Shown in pieces: positions 1 through 7,794 of a stretch of DNA of 14,061 nucleotides; positions within the stretch are counted from its first letter, which is position 1, and each line of letters starts with the position of its first letter. The DNA is taken from positions 1 to 14,061 of the IMG/VR virus record IMGVR_UViG_3300046786_000272, one strand, 5' to 3'. A program made the position numbers and the translations under genes. The notes under the pieces were generated by a model. The model made no database searches, was not told the DNA's origin, and saw only the letters and a program-made list of their open reading frames with translations. The DNA comes from a virus. Lineage: Duplodnaviria > Heunggongvirae > Uroviricota > Caudoviricetes.

Positions 1-2
1 GA

Positions 3-869
3 GGTCACGGAGGTGGTGGTGGACATGCTAGTTCTGGTGGACATGCTTCTAGCGGCGGTCACGCTAGTGCAGGTGGCAAGGGTGGAGGTAGTTCTGCACC
101 ACACGCTACATTCAGACCAGGTACACCGTTTGTACCACACGGAGCAACTGCTGGACGCGGCGCCAGCGGCAACCTAGATGCTAACAATGCGGACAGAGAA
201 GAATATATTAAGTTCTTAACAAGCTATGCTAACGCTATTCGTGCAGGCAAGATGACACCTGAAATGCGTAAATGGTTGACAGTACACCCTGACGTTATTG
301 AAGATTTAAAGCGTGGTCCGCATGGATTAACTATGGGTCAATTGAATGCTGATTTGGTTGACTTAGAATCTCGCAAGAACTATCACTTGATGCGTGAACA
401 AGGTCCTAGTCTATCAATAGAACAACTAGCACATATCAGCGACAAAGCATTAGACGATGCGTATCATTATGGTCGTAGTACTCCAGGCGCAAACTTTGGT
501 TGGTTAGCTAACTTGCAATCAGCCAAAGCCGCAAAGCGTTTAATTGATGCAGGCGAAACTGATATCGAAGTTATTAGTGACGCTATTCACAAGGGTTGGA
601 ATGTTACAGCGGCAGCTGATTACAAAGGTCAACTAAAGCTAGACACACCTACTCCGGACGAAAAGAAATTGAAACGTGCTAAGTTAGCAATGCAATCATA
701 TAGTCAACTTCCAGAAGAAGAAAAAGAGAAGGATCGTGTAGTTGCACGTGCTTTGTTGCAAGCTATAAAGGGTGACCAGTTAGCTGAACGTATGGTCATC
801 GGATGCTGTCCGAATGAAGATCAAAATAGCAATATGTCCGAATCTGCTGATTATCTAGACGAAAAATAA
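3..869 (+). CDS. 5'-truncated RyR-domain-containing protein with N-terminal Gly/His/Ser-rich repeat
   Basis: The frame is open from nt 3 (GHGGGGGHASSGGHASS...) straight into the track ORF at 252, so the true start lies upstream of the window. The C-terminal part has AIHKGW...YSQLPEEEKEKDRVVARALL, which resembles the RyR repeat pattern (H-x-x-W ... Y-x-x-L-x-E-E-E-K-x-x-D-R). Confidence 0.75.
   Translation, partial: GHGGGGGHASSGGHASSGGHASAGGKGGGSSAPHATFRPGTPFVPHGATAGRGASGNLDANNADREEYIKFLTSYANAIRAGKMTPEMRKWLTVHPDVIEDLKRGPHGLTMGQLNADLVDLESRKNYHLMREQGPSLSIEQLAHISDKALDDAYHYGRSTPGANFGWLANLQSAKAAKRLIDAGETDIEVISDAIHKGWNVTAAADYKGQLKLDTPTPDEKKLKRAKLAMQSYSQLPEEEKEKDRVVARALLQAIKGDQLAERMVIGCCPNEDQNSNMSESADYLDEK
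18..71 (+). repeat. 3 x 18-nt coding tandem repeat (GGHASS, GGHASS, GGHASA)
   Basis: ggtggacatgctagttct / ggtggacatgcttctagc / ggcggtcacgctagtgca read directly; the units differ mostly at synonymous positions. Confidence 0.9.
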
Positions 870-890
870 TTTGACCCCCTCTTTAGAGTG

Positions 891-900
891 TAAATATTTA
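891..900 (+). promoter_or_regulatory. Putative T4-type late promoter core (TAAATA) within a perfect palindrome TAAATATTTA
   Basis: Intergenic TAAATA at 891-896, followed by a Shine-Dalgarno-like AGAGGA (910-915) and the ATG at 920. Confidence 0.5.
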
Positions 901-919
901 TATCTTTAAAGAGGACCAA

Positions 920-1801
920 ATGGCAACTAAGAAAACCAAAAAAACTGAAGAAGCGACAGTACCCGTCGAGAAGGTACAAGAAATCGCAGAACAAGCCGCC
1001 CAAGAGCAACAACAGCAACAGGGTCAAGTGCAAGTTAACGTAGACTTTCTACGCACCACAAAAGTACACATTGCAATGCCATGCTATGGCGGCATGTTGA
1101 CTGAATCAACATTCATGAGTTTCATCAAGTGGGCTAACACAGCCCGTCAACTTGGTATTGACTGGACATTAGAAACAATGGTCAACGAATCATTGATTAG
1201 CCGAGCACGTAATACATTAACTGCAAAGTTCTTGGACATGCCTGACGCTACTCACTTGTTCTTTGTTGATGCTGATATTGGTTGGGAACCATGGCACTTG
1301 TTGGTATTACTAAACCGCGATGTAGATGTATGTGCAGGCTTATACCCAATGAAGACTATGCCAATCAAGTGGGTTGTTAATGGCTTTGAGGGCGCAGAAG
1401 AAGGACCTGATGGCTTCCAAGAAGTATCTAAAGCAGGTACTGGTTTCTTATTGATTAAGAAGCATGTATTTGAAAAGCTTAATAAGCACCCAGCAGTTAA
1501 GCCATACAAGAACGATATTGGTCTAGATCCAAAGTATGACCAACACTTGAAGACTTATTTTGACACAGCAGTTCGTCAAGGCCGCTATTACTCAGAAGAC
1601 TGGACATTCTGTGAAAACTGGCGTGATCTAGGTGGTAAGATTTGGATGGACAAACGTATTCTATTGCGTCATTCAGGATCTTATGTATTCTGTATGGAGA
1701 ACCAAGAACACTTGTTGAACACTGTAGGCCCAATGTATATGGATCAACAGCGACAAAAAGGTTTCAAGCTTGTAGATCAAGCTGGTAACGAAATCAAATA
1801 A
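920..1801 (+). CDS. GT-A fold glycosyltransferase-like protein (phage GT2-like)
   Basis: Motifs VHIAMPCYGG, ESLISRARNTL, THLFFVDADIGW (DxD), GTGFLLIKKHVFEKL and YYSEDWTFC. Good SD. The N-terminus is acidic and Gln-rich low complexity. Confidence 0.75.
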   Translation: MATKKTKKTEEATVPVEKVQEIAEQAAQEQQQQQGQVQVNVDFLRTTKVHIAMPCYGGMLTESTFMSFIKWANTARQLGIDWTLETMVNESLISRARNTLTAKFLDMPDATHLFFVDADIGWEPWHLLVLLNRDVDVCAGLYPMKTMPIKWVVNGFEGAEEGPDGFQEVSKAGTGFLLIKKHVFEKLNKHPAVKPYKNDIGLDPKYDQHLKTYFDTAVRQGRYYSEDWTFCENWRDLGGKIWMDKRILLRHSGSYVFCMENQEHLLNTVGPMYMDQQRQKGFKLVDQAGNEIK

Positions 1802-1804
1802 AAT

Positions 1805-1825
1805 GGCCCCGAAAGGGGCTTTTTT
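1805..1825 (+). terminator. Rho-independent terminator
   Basis: GGCCCC-GAAA-GGGGCT stem with a GNRA loop, followed by a T run (1820-1825), 3 nt after the stop codon at 1801. Confidence 0.93.
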
Positions 1826-1847
1826 ATTACGTACTATAAAGTAAGCA

Positions 1848-1862
1848 TTGATAAATACTATA
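1848..1862 (+). promoter_or_regulatory. Putative T4-type late promoter TTGATAAATACTATA
   Basis: An identical 15-mer occurs at 4256-4270, also intergenic. It resembles the T4 gp55 late consensus TATAAATA(ctatt). The core ends 7 nt before the ATG at 1865. Confidence 0.8.
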
Positions 1863-1864
1863 CT

Positions 1865-4243
1865 ATGAATTTAAAAGAGCTTGATTCCTTCAAACTGTCA
1901 GATGCAGTTACTTTCCACGATCATTTGAACCCTGCATTATGGGCGGGTCATAAACTTAAGCCCGCAATAAAAGAACAACTTCTTATCATAGCAAAGGATT
2001 TTTTAGAAGAATTAGGCATTGAAGATTTGGATGTAGTAGATGTTACAGTGTCCGGGTCTAATGCCGCATATAGTTACACTAAGCATAGTGACTTGGATTT
2101 ACATATCTTAGTAGATATGCGTAACTTAAATGATGACGAAGTTTACAAAGAGTTGTTTAATGCAAAAAAGACATTGTACAACGATTCACACCATATCACT
2201 ATAAACAATATACCTGTTGAATTGTATGTACAAGATGCTAGCGAACCAGTAGTAAGTTTGGGTGAGTACAGCATTCTTCATGATAACTGGTTACGACTAC
2301 CTACAAAGCGTAGAGCAAACTTTGACCAAACTGCTACTAAAGAAAAGTATGCAAAGCTTTTGAAACTTATCGAAGTAGCGTTATTGTCTAAAGATATTCA
2401 TAAAGTTCAAGCTGTATTAAAAACAATCAAGCGTTATCGTCAAGCAGGATTAGACAGAGGTGGTGAGTTTGGTCCTGAGAATTTAGCATTCAAGGCACTG
2501 CGTAGTCAAGGATATATCACTAAATTATATCAATTGAGAGACAAGTTACACAGTGAAATTTTGACCATTGAGAACATGTATCAAGATCCTGTTAAGGTTC
2601 AAGAGGATAATTTAGCAGAACAGTTTGCTAGAGAATTTAATCAACAAGAAGTAGACGAAGCAAGAACTAATCCAGAACAAAATGTCAAACTAGAGTCAGG
2701 CATGAAAGAGTTAGAAGCAGTTGCTAAAACTATTAGTGATCCTGAAAATTGGGCTGTAAGTATGACCAGTGAGCCTAAGTTAGGTATCAATCCGCAAGTA
2801 GGTATCAGCGAAGATACACCTAAAGGCATATACTTCTATCCATTGAATTATGTGTTGGGTAAGATTCATAGTAGAAAGCCTTTACCTTGGGCAAATGACT
2901 ATCCCTACATTCAGTTGTTTCAATATGACCGTTCTGGTGAAATGACACAACAAACACAGGTTGATAGTGCTAAACTAAAACAAGCATTAAGTCAATATTG
3001 CTCTCCTGAAATAATGCAACAGGCTGAGGAAGAAGATAGTTATGATGGTACACCATTTTGGTATATCTATGATTGTTTGAGTAGACTAGGTAAAGGTGAC
3101 GAGACTAACATCATTCGCTGGAATAAAGTACTAAGAGACTTGGGCTTTACTAGCGTGTTTGATCCAGGTCGTGGATGGATAGCAGAAAACGAACCAACAC
3201 AAGGTGTTGTACTAGATCCAAGAATTATAAAACAACATAAGACAATTGCTAATCGTAAAGAATCAAAAGTAGTTACTCCTGCTAGTATCGCAAAATCACT
3301 ATTTGACGAAATAGATATGGAACTGGCCAGAAATAGGATATGGCAAATGTATGATCCAGATGGTAGTAAACTTAAGCAGGCTGTTAAGAAATATGCCGCA
3401 GACCCTAAATTCAAACCAGATATCGGTAAAACATACAGTCAAGAATTAGAAGATAAAATAAAGGGTTATAGACTATACGGTGCAAGAGAGTTATCAACTA
3501 TTGCTATGGAATGGTATAAAGCACAGCAGCCAGTCAACGAAGCATTTGACCAACCCTATAAACTTAAATGGGAAGCAGGGGATTACGGTGATGTTGATGC
3601 ATATGCTAAATTAGATGATGGTAACTATCTAAGCATTATGTTCAACAAAGGATATAATCAAGATAAAGAAGAAGCATGGAATGTTGAATTCTTTAGAAAC
3701 AACAGCCAAGAAGTAACAGGTGAAGGTGATGCTCAACGAGTATTTGCTACTGTGTTAGGTGCTATACAAACGTTCATTAAGAAATACAAACCAAATAGAA
3801 TTATCTTTTCAGCAAGTAAGGATAACTGGGCAAAGCAACAACAGAATAGTGAAAGCCGTGCTTCACTATACGACAAGCTAGTTCAGCGTTATGCTAAAGC
3901 ATGGGGCTTTAGAGCTTTTCGTGCCGATACAGGTGATAAAGTTATATACGAATTGAGTAGAATAAAACCTCTTGTAGCAAAAGAAGATACAATGCAATAT
4001 GCGGCAGAGAAAACATCTGCTACAAATCCGTACGGTGGTCAACGAGATATTCAATATCGTGGGTCAATCTCAGAAGCTAGCGGGTACATTCCAAGCGAAA
4101 AAGAGAAAAATGACCCTCGTTTTAAGACAGCATTAACAGTAGATGTTAAGCCTGACAGTATCAAAAAGAATGCAAAAGCATTCGCTTGGTTAACTGACAG
4201 AGCAGGAATACCCCCAACTGCGAATCCTAACGGCAAATTCTGA
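1865..4243 (+). CDS. Multi-domain (polyvalent) phage protein: Pol-beta-superfamily nucleotidyltransferase + ADP-ribosyltransferase-like domain + GNAT-like domain + short C-terminal module
   Basis: N-terminal VSGSNAAYSYTKHSDLDLHILVD (G-S...D-x-D) with a third acidic strand VELYVQD. The middle has TPKGIYFYP...LRDLGFTSVFDPGRGWIAENEPTQGVVLDPRIIK (ART-like). A third block has TGEGDAQRVFATVL...SRASLYDKLVQRY. The NTase call is strong; the other two are pattern-based. Confidence 0.8.
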   Translation: MNLKELDSFKLSDAVTFHDHLNPALWAGHKLKPAIKEQLLIIAKDFLEELGIEDLDVVDVTVSGSNAAYSYTKHSDLDLHILVDMRNLNDDEVYKELFNAKKTLYNDSHHITINNIPVELYVQDASEPVVSLGEYSILHDNWLRLPTKRRANFDQTATKEKYAKLLKLIEVALLSKDIHKVQAVLKTIKRYRQAGLDRGGEFGPENLAFKALRSQGYITKLYQLRDKLHSEILTIENMYQDPVKVQEDNLAEQFAREFNQQEVDEARTNPEQNVKLESGMKELEAVAKTISDPENWAVSMTSEPKLGINPQVGISEDTPKGIYFYPLNYVLGKIHSRKPLPWANDYPYIQLFQYDRSGEMTQQTQVDSAKLKQALSQYCSPEIMQQAEEEDSYDGTPFWYIYDCLSRLGKGDETNIIRWNKVLRDLGFTSVFDPGRGWIAENEPTQGVVLDPRIIKQHKTIANRKESKVVTPASIAKSLFDEIDMELARNRIWQMYDPDGSKLKQAVKKYAADPKFKPDIGKTYSQELEDKIKGYRLYGARELSTIAMEWYKAQQPVNEAFDQPYKLKWEAGDYGDVDAYAKLDDGNYLSIMFNKGYNQDKEEAWNVEFFRNNSQEVTGEGDAQRVFATVLGAIQTFIKKYKPNRIIFSASKDNWAKQQQNSESRASLYDKLVQRYAKAWGFRAFRADTGDKVIYELSRIKPLVAKEDTMQYAAEKTSATNPYGGQRDIQYRGSISEASGYIPSEKEKNDPRFKTALTVDVKPDSIKKNAKAFAWLTDRAGIPPTANPNGKF

Positions 4244-4255
4244 TTACATAGTGTT

Positions 4256-4270
4256 TTGATAAATACTATA
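4256..4270 (+). promoter_or_regulatory. Putative T4-type late promoter TTGATAAATACTATA driving the 4288-10141 operon
   Basis: Exact 15-nt copy of 1848-1862, in the 44-nt intergenic gap. Confidence 0.8.
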
Positions 4271-4287
4271 TTACTTCGGAATTCGCT

Positions 4288-5049
4288 ATGAAAATCAATC
4301 AAATTATCAATGAAACTACTACTGCGGGGTCAGTAGCAACTGTTTCAAAACCCTTAGGTGAAGTGCAAACACGCACTCAAGTTGCAGGTCTACAGCCAGC
4401 AGAAAAAATCATGAAGGGTTCGACAAAGAAAAAAGGTCCTTATGCTAATAGCTTAACTGAAGGAGCTGTAAAGCAACTATCAATGGATCTTAAAGAATTA
4501 AAAGACGAAGAATTCAAAAAGAAGTACAAGATGACTAAGCAGGAAGCTCGTAAAAACTTATCTGCTAAACCTGAACCAGTACAAGAAGCTAAACTAGAAG
4601 AAGAAGATATTATTCTAGTACCCGGTAGAGGATCTAAACGCAAGACTGGCTTTGTTCCTCGCGGTCAAAGTCGAGTAGACCATGAAGTTGAAATGGCTCG
4701 CAGTGATGTTTTAGCTACAATTAAAAATGCAAAAGCAATTTATCAATTGTTAAAAGACCGTAGTGAAGACGAAGGACTTGAAGGTTGGGTACAAGAAAAA
4801 CTAATCAAAGCAAATGATTACTTAAATGCTGTCAAAGAATATTATGACGAAAAGATGATGGAAGAACTCCAAGGCGCCGGCGTCATTGCAGGTGGGCCAG
4901 CATATGAAGGTAAAAAAGTTGACCGCATGGTTAAGCATATTGAAAAGAGTGAAAAGAAATTAGGTCACTCTAAGAAAGAAGCAGAGAACATTGCATGGGC
5001 AACTGCTAACAAGCGTGGCATGTTAGATAACAAGAATAAGAAGAAATAA
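4288..5049 (+). CDS. Modular hypothetical protein, probable internal head (capsid cargo) protein; C-terminal basic ChaB-like motif
   Basis: The N-terminus MKINQIINE resembles the T4 internal-protein capsid-targeting sequence MKTYQEFIAE. Modules are separated by LTE, VQE and MEE/AYE. It ends with KKEAENIAWATANKRG. The CDS is well supported; the function is inferred. Confidence 0.7.
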   Translation: MKINQIINETTTAGSVATVSKPLGEVQTRTQVAGLQPAEKIMKGSTKKKGPYANSLTEGAVKQLSMDLKELKDEEFKKKYKMTKQEARKNLSAKPEPVQEAKLEEEDIILVPGRGSKRKTGFVPRGQSRVDHEVEMARSDVLATIKNAKAIYQLLKDRSEDEGLEGWVQEKLIKANDYLNAVKEYYDEKMMEELQGAGVIAGGPAYEGKKVDRMVKHIEKSEKKLGHSKKEAENIAWATANKRGMLDNKNKKK

Positions 5050-5050
5050 T

Positions 5051-6280
5051 ATGAGCAAGATTACAGATGGCTTAAACGAAGCGTTTAATCGCTACAATCG
5101 CAGAGATTCATACCAGCGTGACTATGATAATAGCGTAGCAGGTATGGGCAAGCGTCAATCATATGCTTACCAACAAGACGGTGGCGCAAATGATGAAGGT
5201 TGGGATGAACCTCAGCGTGACTATACACCTAAACCAGTTTCAAAAAAAGGTATGTATTTCTACAATGTACCAGCCGATCAAGAAGATAAAGCAAATGAAG
5301 TTGGTTTATTCAAAACAAAATCAGGTAAGTGGTACAGTCCGTTTCAGAACTCACGTGCTGATATGTTCTTTGGTAAAGGTAGATACTGGGAACCAAAGAC
5401 TAATGAATCACAATTAGATGAATTAAGCAACGATACATTAGCAAGCTATAAAAAGAAAGCCGGAGCCGACGCATCAGCCGCTGACAAAGCAGGTGATTAT
5501 AAGCGTGGTGACAAGCGTTTCAGCGGTATTGTCAAAGCAACTAATAAAGAATTAGACAACGATGTTAAACAATCTAACGCAAGGTCACAAATAAAAACCG
5601 ATGACAAATTACGTGCTTATTATGCCCAACGCAAAGCAGAGAAGCAAGGTGTAGAAGAAGGTTGGCAAGACGATACACAAGAATTAGAAGACTGGTCAAA
5701 AGAAGTTAACAAGAGATTATATAGAGCACACGAAAGTCAGCGCCCTGCTCTAGCAAGACAATTAAGCAAAGTAGAACAAAAGAATTTTGGCAGTACTCTA
5801 AATCAAGGTGGACTTACAGAATTAATTCATTCAGCATTGAGAGCATTACAAAAAGGTCAAATGGTTCACTACGATCCACAGAGCGTAGGTCAAATGGCAT
5901 TTGGTAGTCTAGTGGGTGATGATGCTAGAATTATAGCGGCTGCTGGAGTTTCTAGTGATGAGCTTGCTGGTTATCGCATGTTGTCTGACAAGGGCATCGT
6001 AGACAACATACAACAATTCCTTCAATTACGCCGTGCGGTTTATAACAAAGAGTGGCCGCAAGAGTATCTTGACGAATTTGCTGGGCGCCCAGGAGCACTA
6101 TGGCTTCAATTTGTTGAAGATTTGGGTTGGTCTAAAGATGACATGAACGAAGAAAAGCAACGTCTAGATCCTAAATGCTGGGATGGTTATAAAAAGCAAG
6201 GCACCAAGATGAAAGGTGATACAAGAGTAAATAACTGCGTTCCAGTAAAAGAATCAGCTATTATGAAGGGTCTTAGATAA
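5051..6280 (+). CDS. Modular hypothetical protein, probable internal head protein, with a C-terminal CWxGY...NCVP mini-domain
   Basis: The N-terminus is MSKITDGLNE. Internal junctions occur at QLDE|LSNDTLASYKKKA, GVEE|GW and MNEE|KQR. The start is 1 nt after the upstream stop. Confidence 0.7.
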   Translation: MSKITDGLNEAFNRYNRRDSYQRDYDNSVAGMGKRQSYAYQQDGGANDEGWDEPQRDYTPKPVSKKGMYFYNVPADQEDKANEVGLFKTKSGKWYSPFQNSRADMFFGKGRYWEPKTNESQLDELSNDTLASYKKKAGADASAADKAGDYKRGDKRFSGIVKATNKELDNDVKQSNARSQIKTDDKLRAYYAQRKAEKQGVEEGWQDDTQELEDWSKEVNKRLYRAHESQRPALARQLSKVEQKNFGSTLNQGGLTELIHSALRALQKGQMVHYDPQSVGQMAFGSLVGDDARIIAAAGVSSDELAGYRMLSDKGIVDNIQQFLQLRRAVYNKEWPQEYLDEFAGRPGALWLQFVEDLGWSKDDMNEEKQRLDPKCWDGYKKQGTKMKGDTRVNNCVPVKESAIMKGLR

Positions 6281-7794
6281 TGAGAGCATTAGACTTAACT
6301 AGAAAACAATCTATTTTTGAAAGTATCGGTAGAGGAGATACATATTTTAGCACATGGGAACGTGAGATTCATCCTACATTGTGTGAGATGGCTTTAAACC
6401 CTACGCAGATTGACCAGATATTTTCAACAGTTCAACAAAACGCAGGACGTAGTATGTTGGGCAGAGCTACTGATGCAGTCGGAGCAGCCAAAGATAAAAT
6501 CAGTGATGCGTGGTTCAATAAGTTTGGTGGCATGTTACAGAATAGTGCACCAGTACAAGGATTTGATGACAAGTGGGAATCTATCAAAAGTAGTGTCGCT
6601 ACTAAACATCCTGAAATAGCCGCTAAGTTAGCAAAGTACGGAGAGTACGCTAAGAACAATCCTAAGATGCACAAGTTCCTGTTAGCAATTGCCGGATCTA
6701 TTGCGGCGTCATTAGGTGTTGCATTAGCAGGTGGAGTTGGAGCTAGTGCGTTAGCAGTAGGTACTGGTGCAGGTATTGCAACTGGTATCATCAACATTGC
6801 TGATAGATTATTACAAGGTCAAAAAGCATCTACTGCTATTGGACGTGGTGCAACAGCAGGTGCAGTTGCAGGATTAACTGCAGGTGGATTGTCTAAAGCT
6901 AAAGAAGCATTGAGTGCGTTAGGTGCAACTAAGTTTTTAGATAGCGGTGTGGGTATGATTAATAACAATGGCACAACGTTCTATCTAAAACCAGAAGACA
7001 TGGCTGCATATCACGAAGGTCAAAAAGTAGCCAATGCTCTGTTAAGAAATGCTAGTATAAATGATTTGGGAGCCGCAATGGATGCTTCCGCGGCAGCAGA
7101 TGCGGCTAATTGGGCTAAGACTTTAGCAAAGATTGGGTCTGAAGCATATCAACAAGAAGCAATACGAGATATGGGAACTATTACAGAAATCCCACCCGGT
7201 GCAGTTGGTGACGCGGCTAATGCAGTAGCTTCATTGCTAAATTCAATTGGACCCGCTTTATCATCAATTGCAGGTCAAGCTGCCGGCGGCTCTAAGCCAT
7301 CTGCACAAAAAGTAACAGAAGGCCAGCTTAATGAGTTATTTGGAATGACTGGTAACAAAGTTGATGCATCTAAATTGAAAGCGGCTTGGGAAAAAGCAGG
7401 AAGCCCTACTGACAGTGTTGCACTCGGTAAGTTTCTAACAACGCAAGGTATATCAAGTCCGGCAGTTACATCAGCGTTCGCACAATTGAAACTACCGGAT
7501 CCATTTGCGGCAGCGCCTGTAGCTAAACCAACGGCAACTACAACAAGTCAACCTACAGCACCAGCTACAACAGCACAACCAACGGCAGCTACAGCAAGTC
7601 AACCGACAGCACAACCTACAACGCCTGCACCAACATCAGCAATTGGTCAAGGCATTGCACAATATAAGCCTGGTCAACAAGGCGTTAATCCAGAATTGCA
7701 AAAGAGATTGGCTGCACGTAAAGCAGGTAAGCCCCAATATGCGGCAAACTTAGAAGAAAACAGATTAAGAAAGCATAAGCATGTTATCAGATAA
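6280..7794 (+). CDS. Hypothetical virion/ejection-type protein with Gly/Ala-rich hydrophobic (glycine-zipper) segment and Pro/Thr/Ala/Gln-rich tail
   Basis: TAATG coupling to the upstream gene. Hydrophobic stretch FLLAIAGSIAASLGVALAGGVGASALAVGTGAGIATGII (from 6676). QPT repeats near the C-terminus. The function is inferred. Confidence 0.7.
   Translation: MRALDLTRKQSIFESIGRGDTYFSTWEREIHPTLCEMALNPTQIDQIFSTVQQNAGRSMLGRATDAVGAAKDKISDAWFNKFGGMLQNSAPVQGFDDKWESIKSSVATKHPEIAAKLAKYGEYAKNNPKMHKFLLAIAGSIAASLGVALAGGVGASALAVGTGAGIATGIINIADRLLQGQKASTAIGRGATAGAVAGLTAGGLSKAKEALSALGATKFLDSGVGMINNNGTTFYLKPEDMAAYHEGQKVANALLRNASINDLGAAMDASAAADAANWAKTLAKIGSEAYQQEAIRDMGTITEIPPGAVGDAANAVASLLNSIGPALSSIAGQAAGGSKPSAQKVTEGQLNELFGMTGNKVDASKLKAAWEKAGSPTDSVALGKFLTTQGISSPAVTSAFAQLKLPDPFAAAPVAKPTATTTSQPTAPATTAQPTAATASQPTAQPTTPAPTSAIGQGIAQYKPGQQGVNPELQKRLAARKAGKPQYAANLEENRLRKHKHVIR
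7525..7638 (+). repeat. Degenerate coding repeat of (S/A)QPTA units (PTS/A-rich linker)
   Basis: Translates as KPTATTTSQPTAPATTAQPTAATASQPTAQPTTPAPTS, with recurring caacc(t/a/g)ac units in the DNA. Confidence 0.75.

Noticed and set aside
252-254. Track start MTPEM for the first gene
   Set aside because: The frame is open back to nt 3, so this Met is probably internal.
1007-1021. CAA/CAG poly-Gln tract as a phase-variation repeat
   Set aside because: It is only five mixed codons in triplet phase, so slippage would not shift the frame.
4271-4282. CUUCGG tetraloop-like sequence in the leader of 4288
   Set aside because: Only one closing pair forms without a bulge, so there is no stable stem.
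4279-4288. GAATTCGCTA shared with 13642-13651
   Set aside because: Many exact 10-mer matches are expected by chance in 14 kb, and the flanks do not extend.
6228-6233. Internal TAAATA upstream of 6280
   Set aside because: It lacks the GA prefix of most intergenic copies and lies in conserved-looking coding sequence (VNNC); likely chance.
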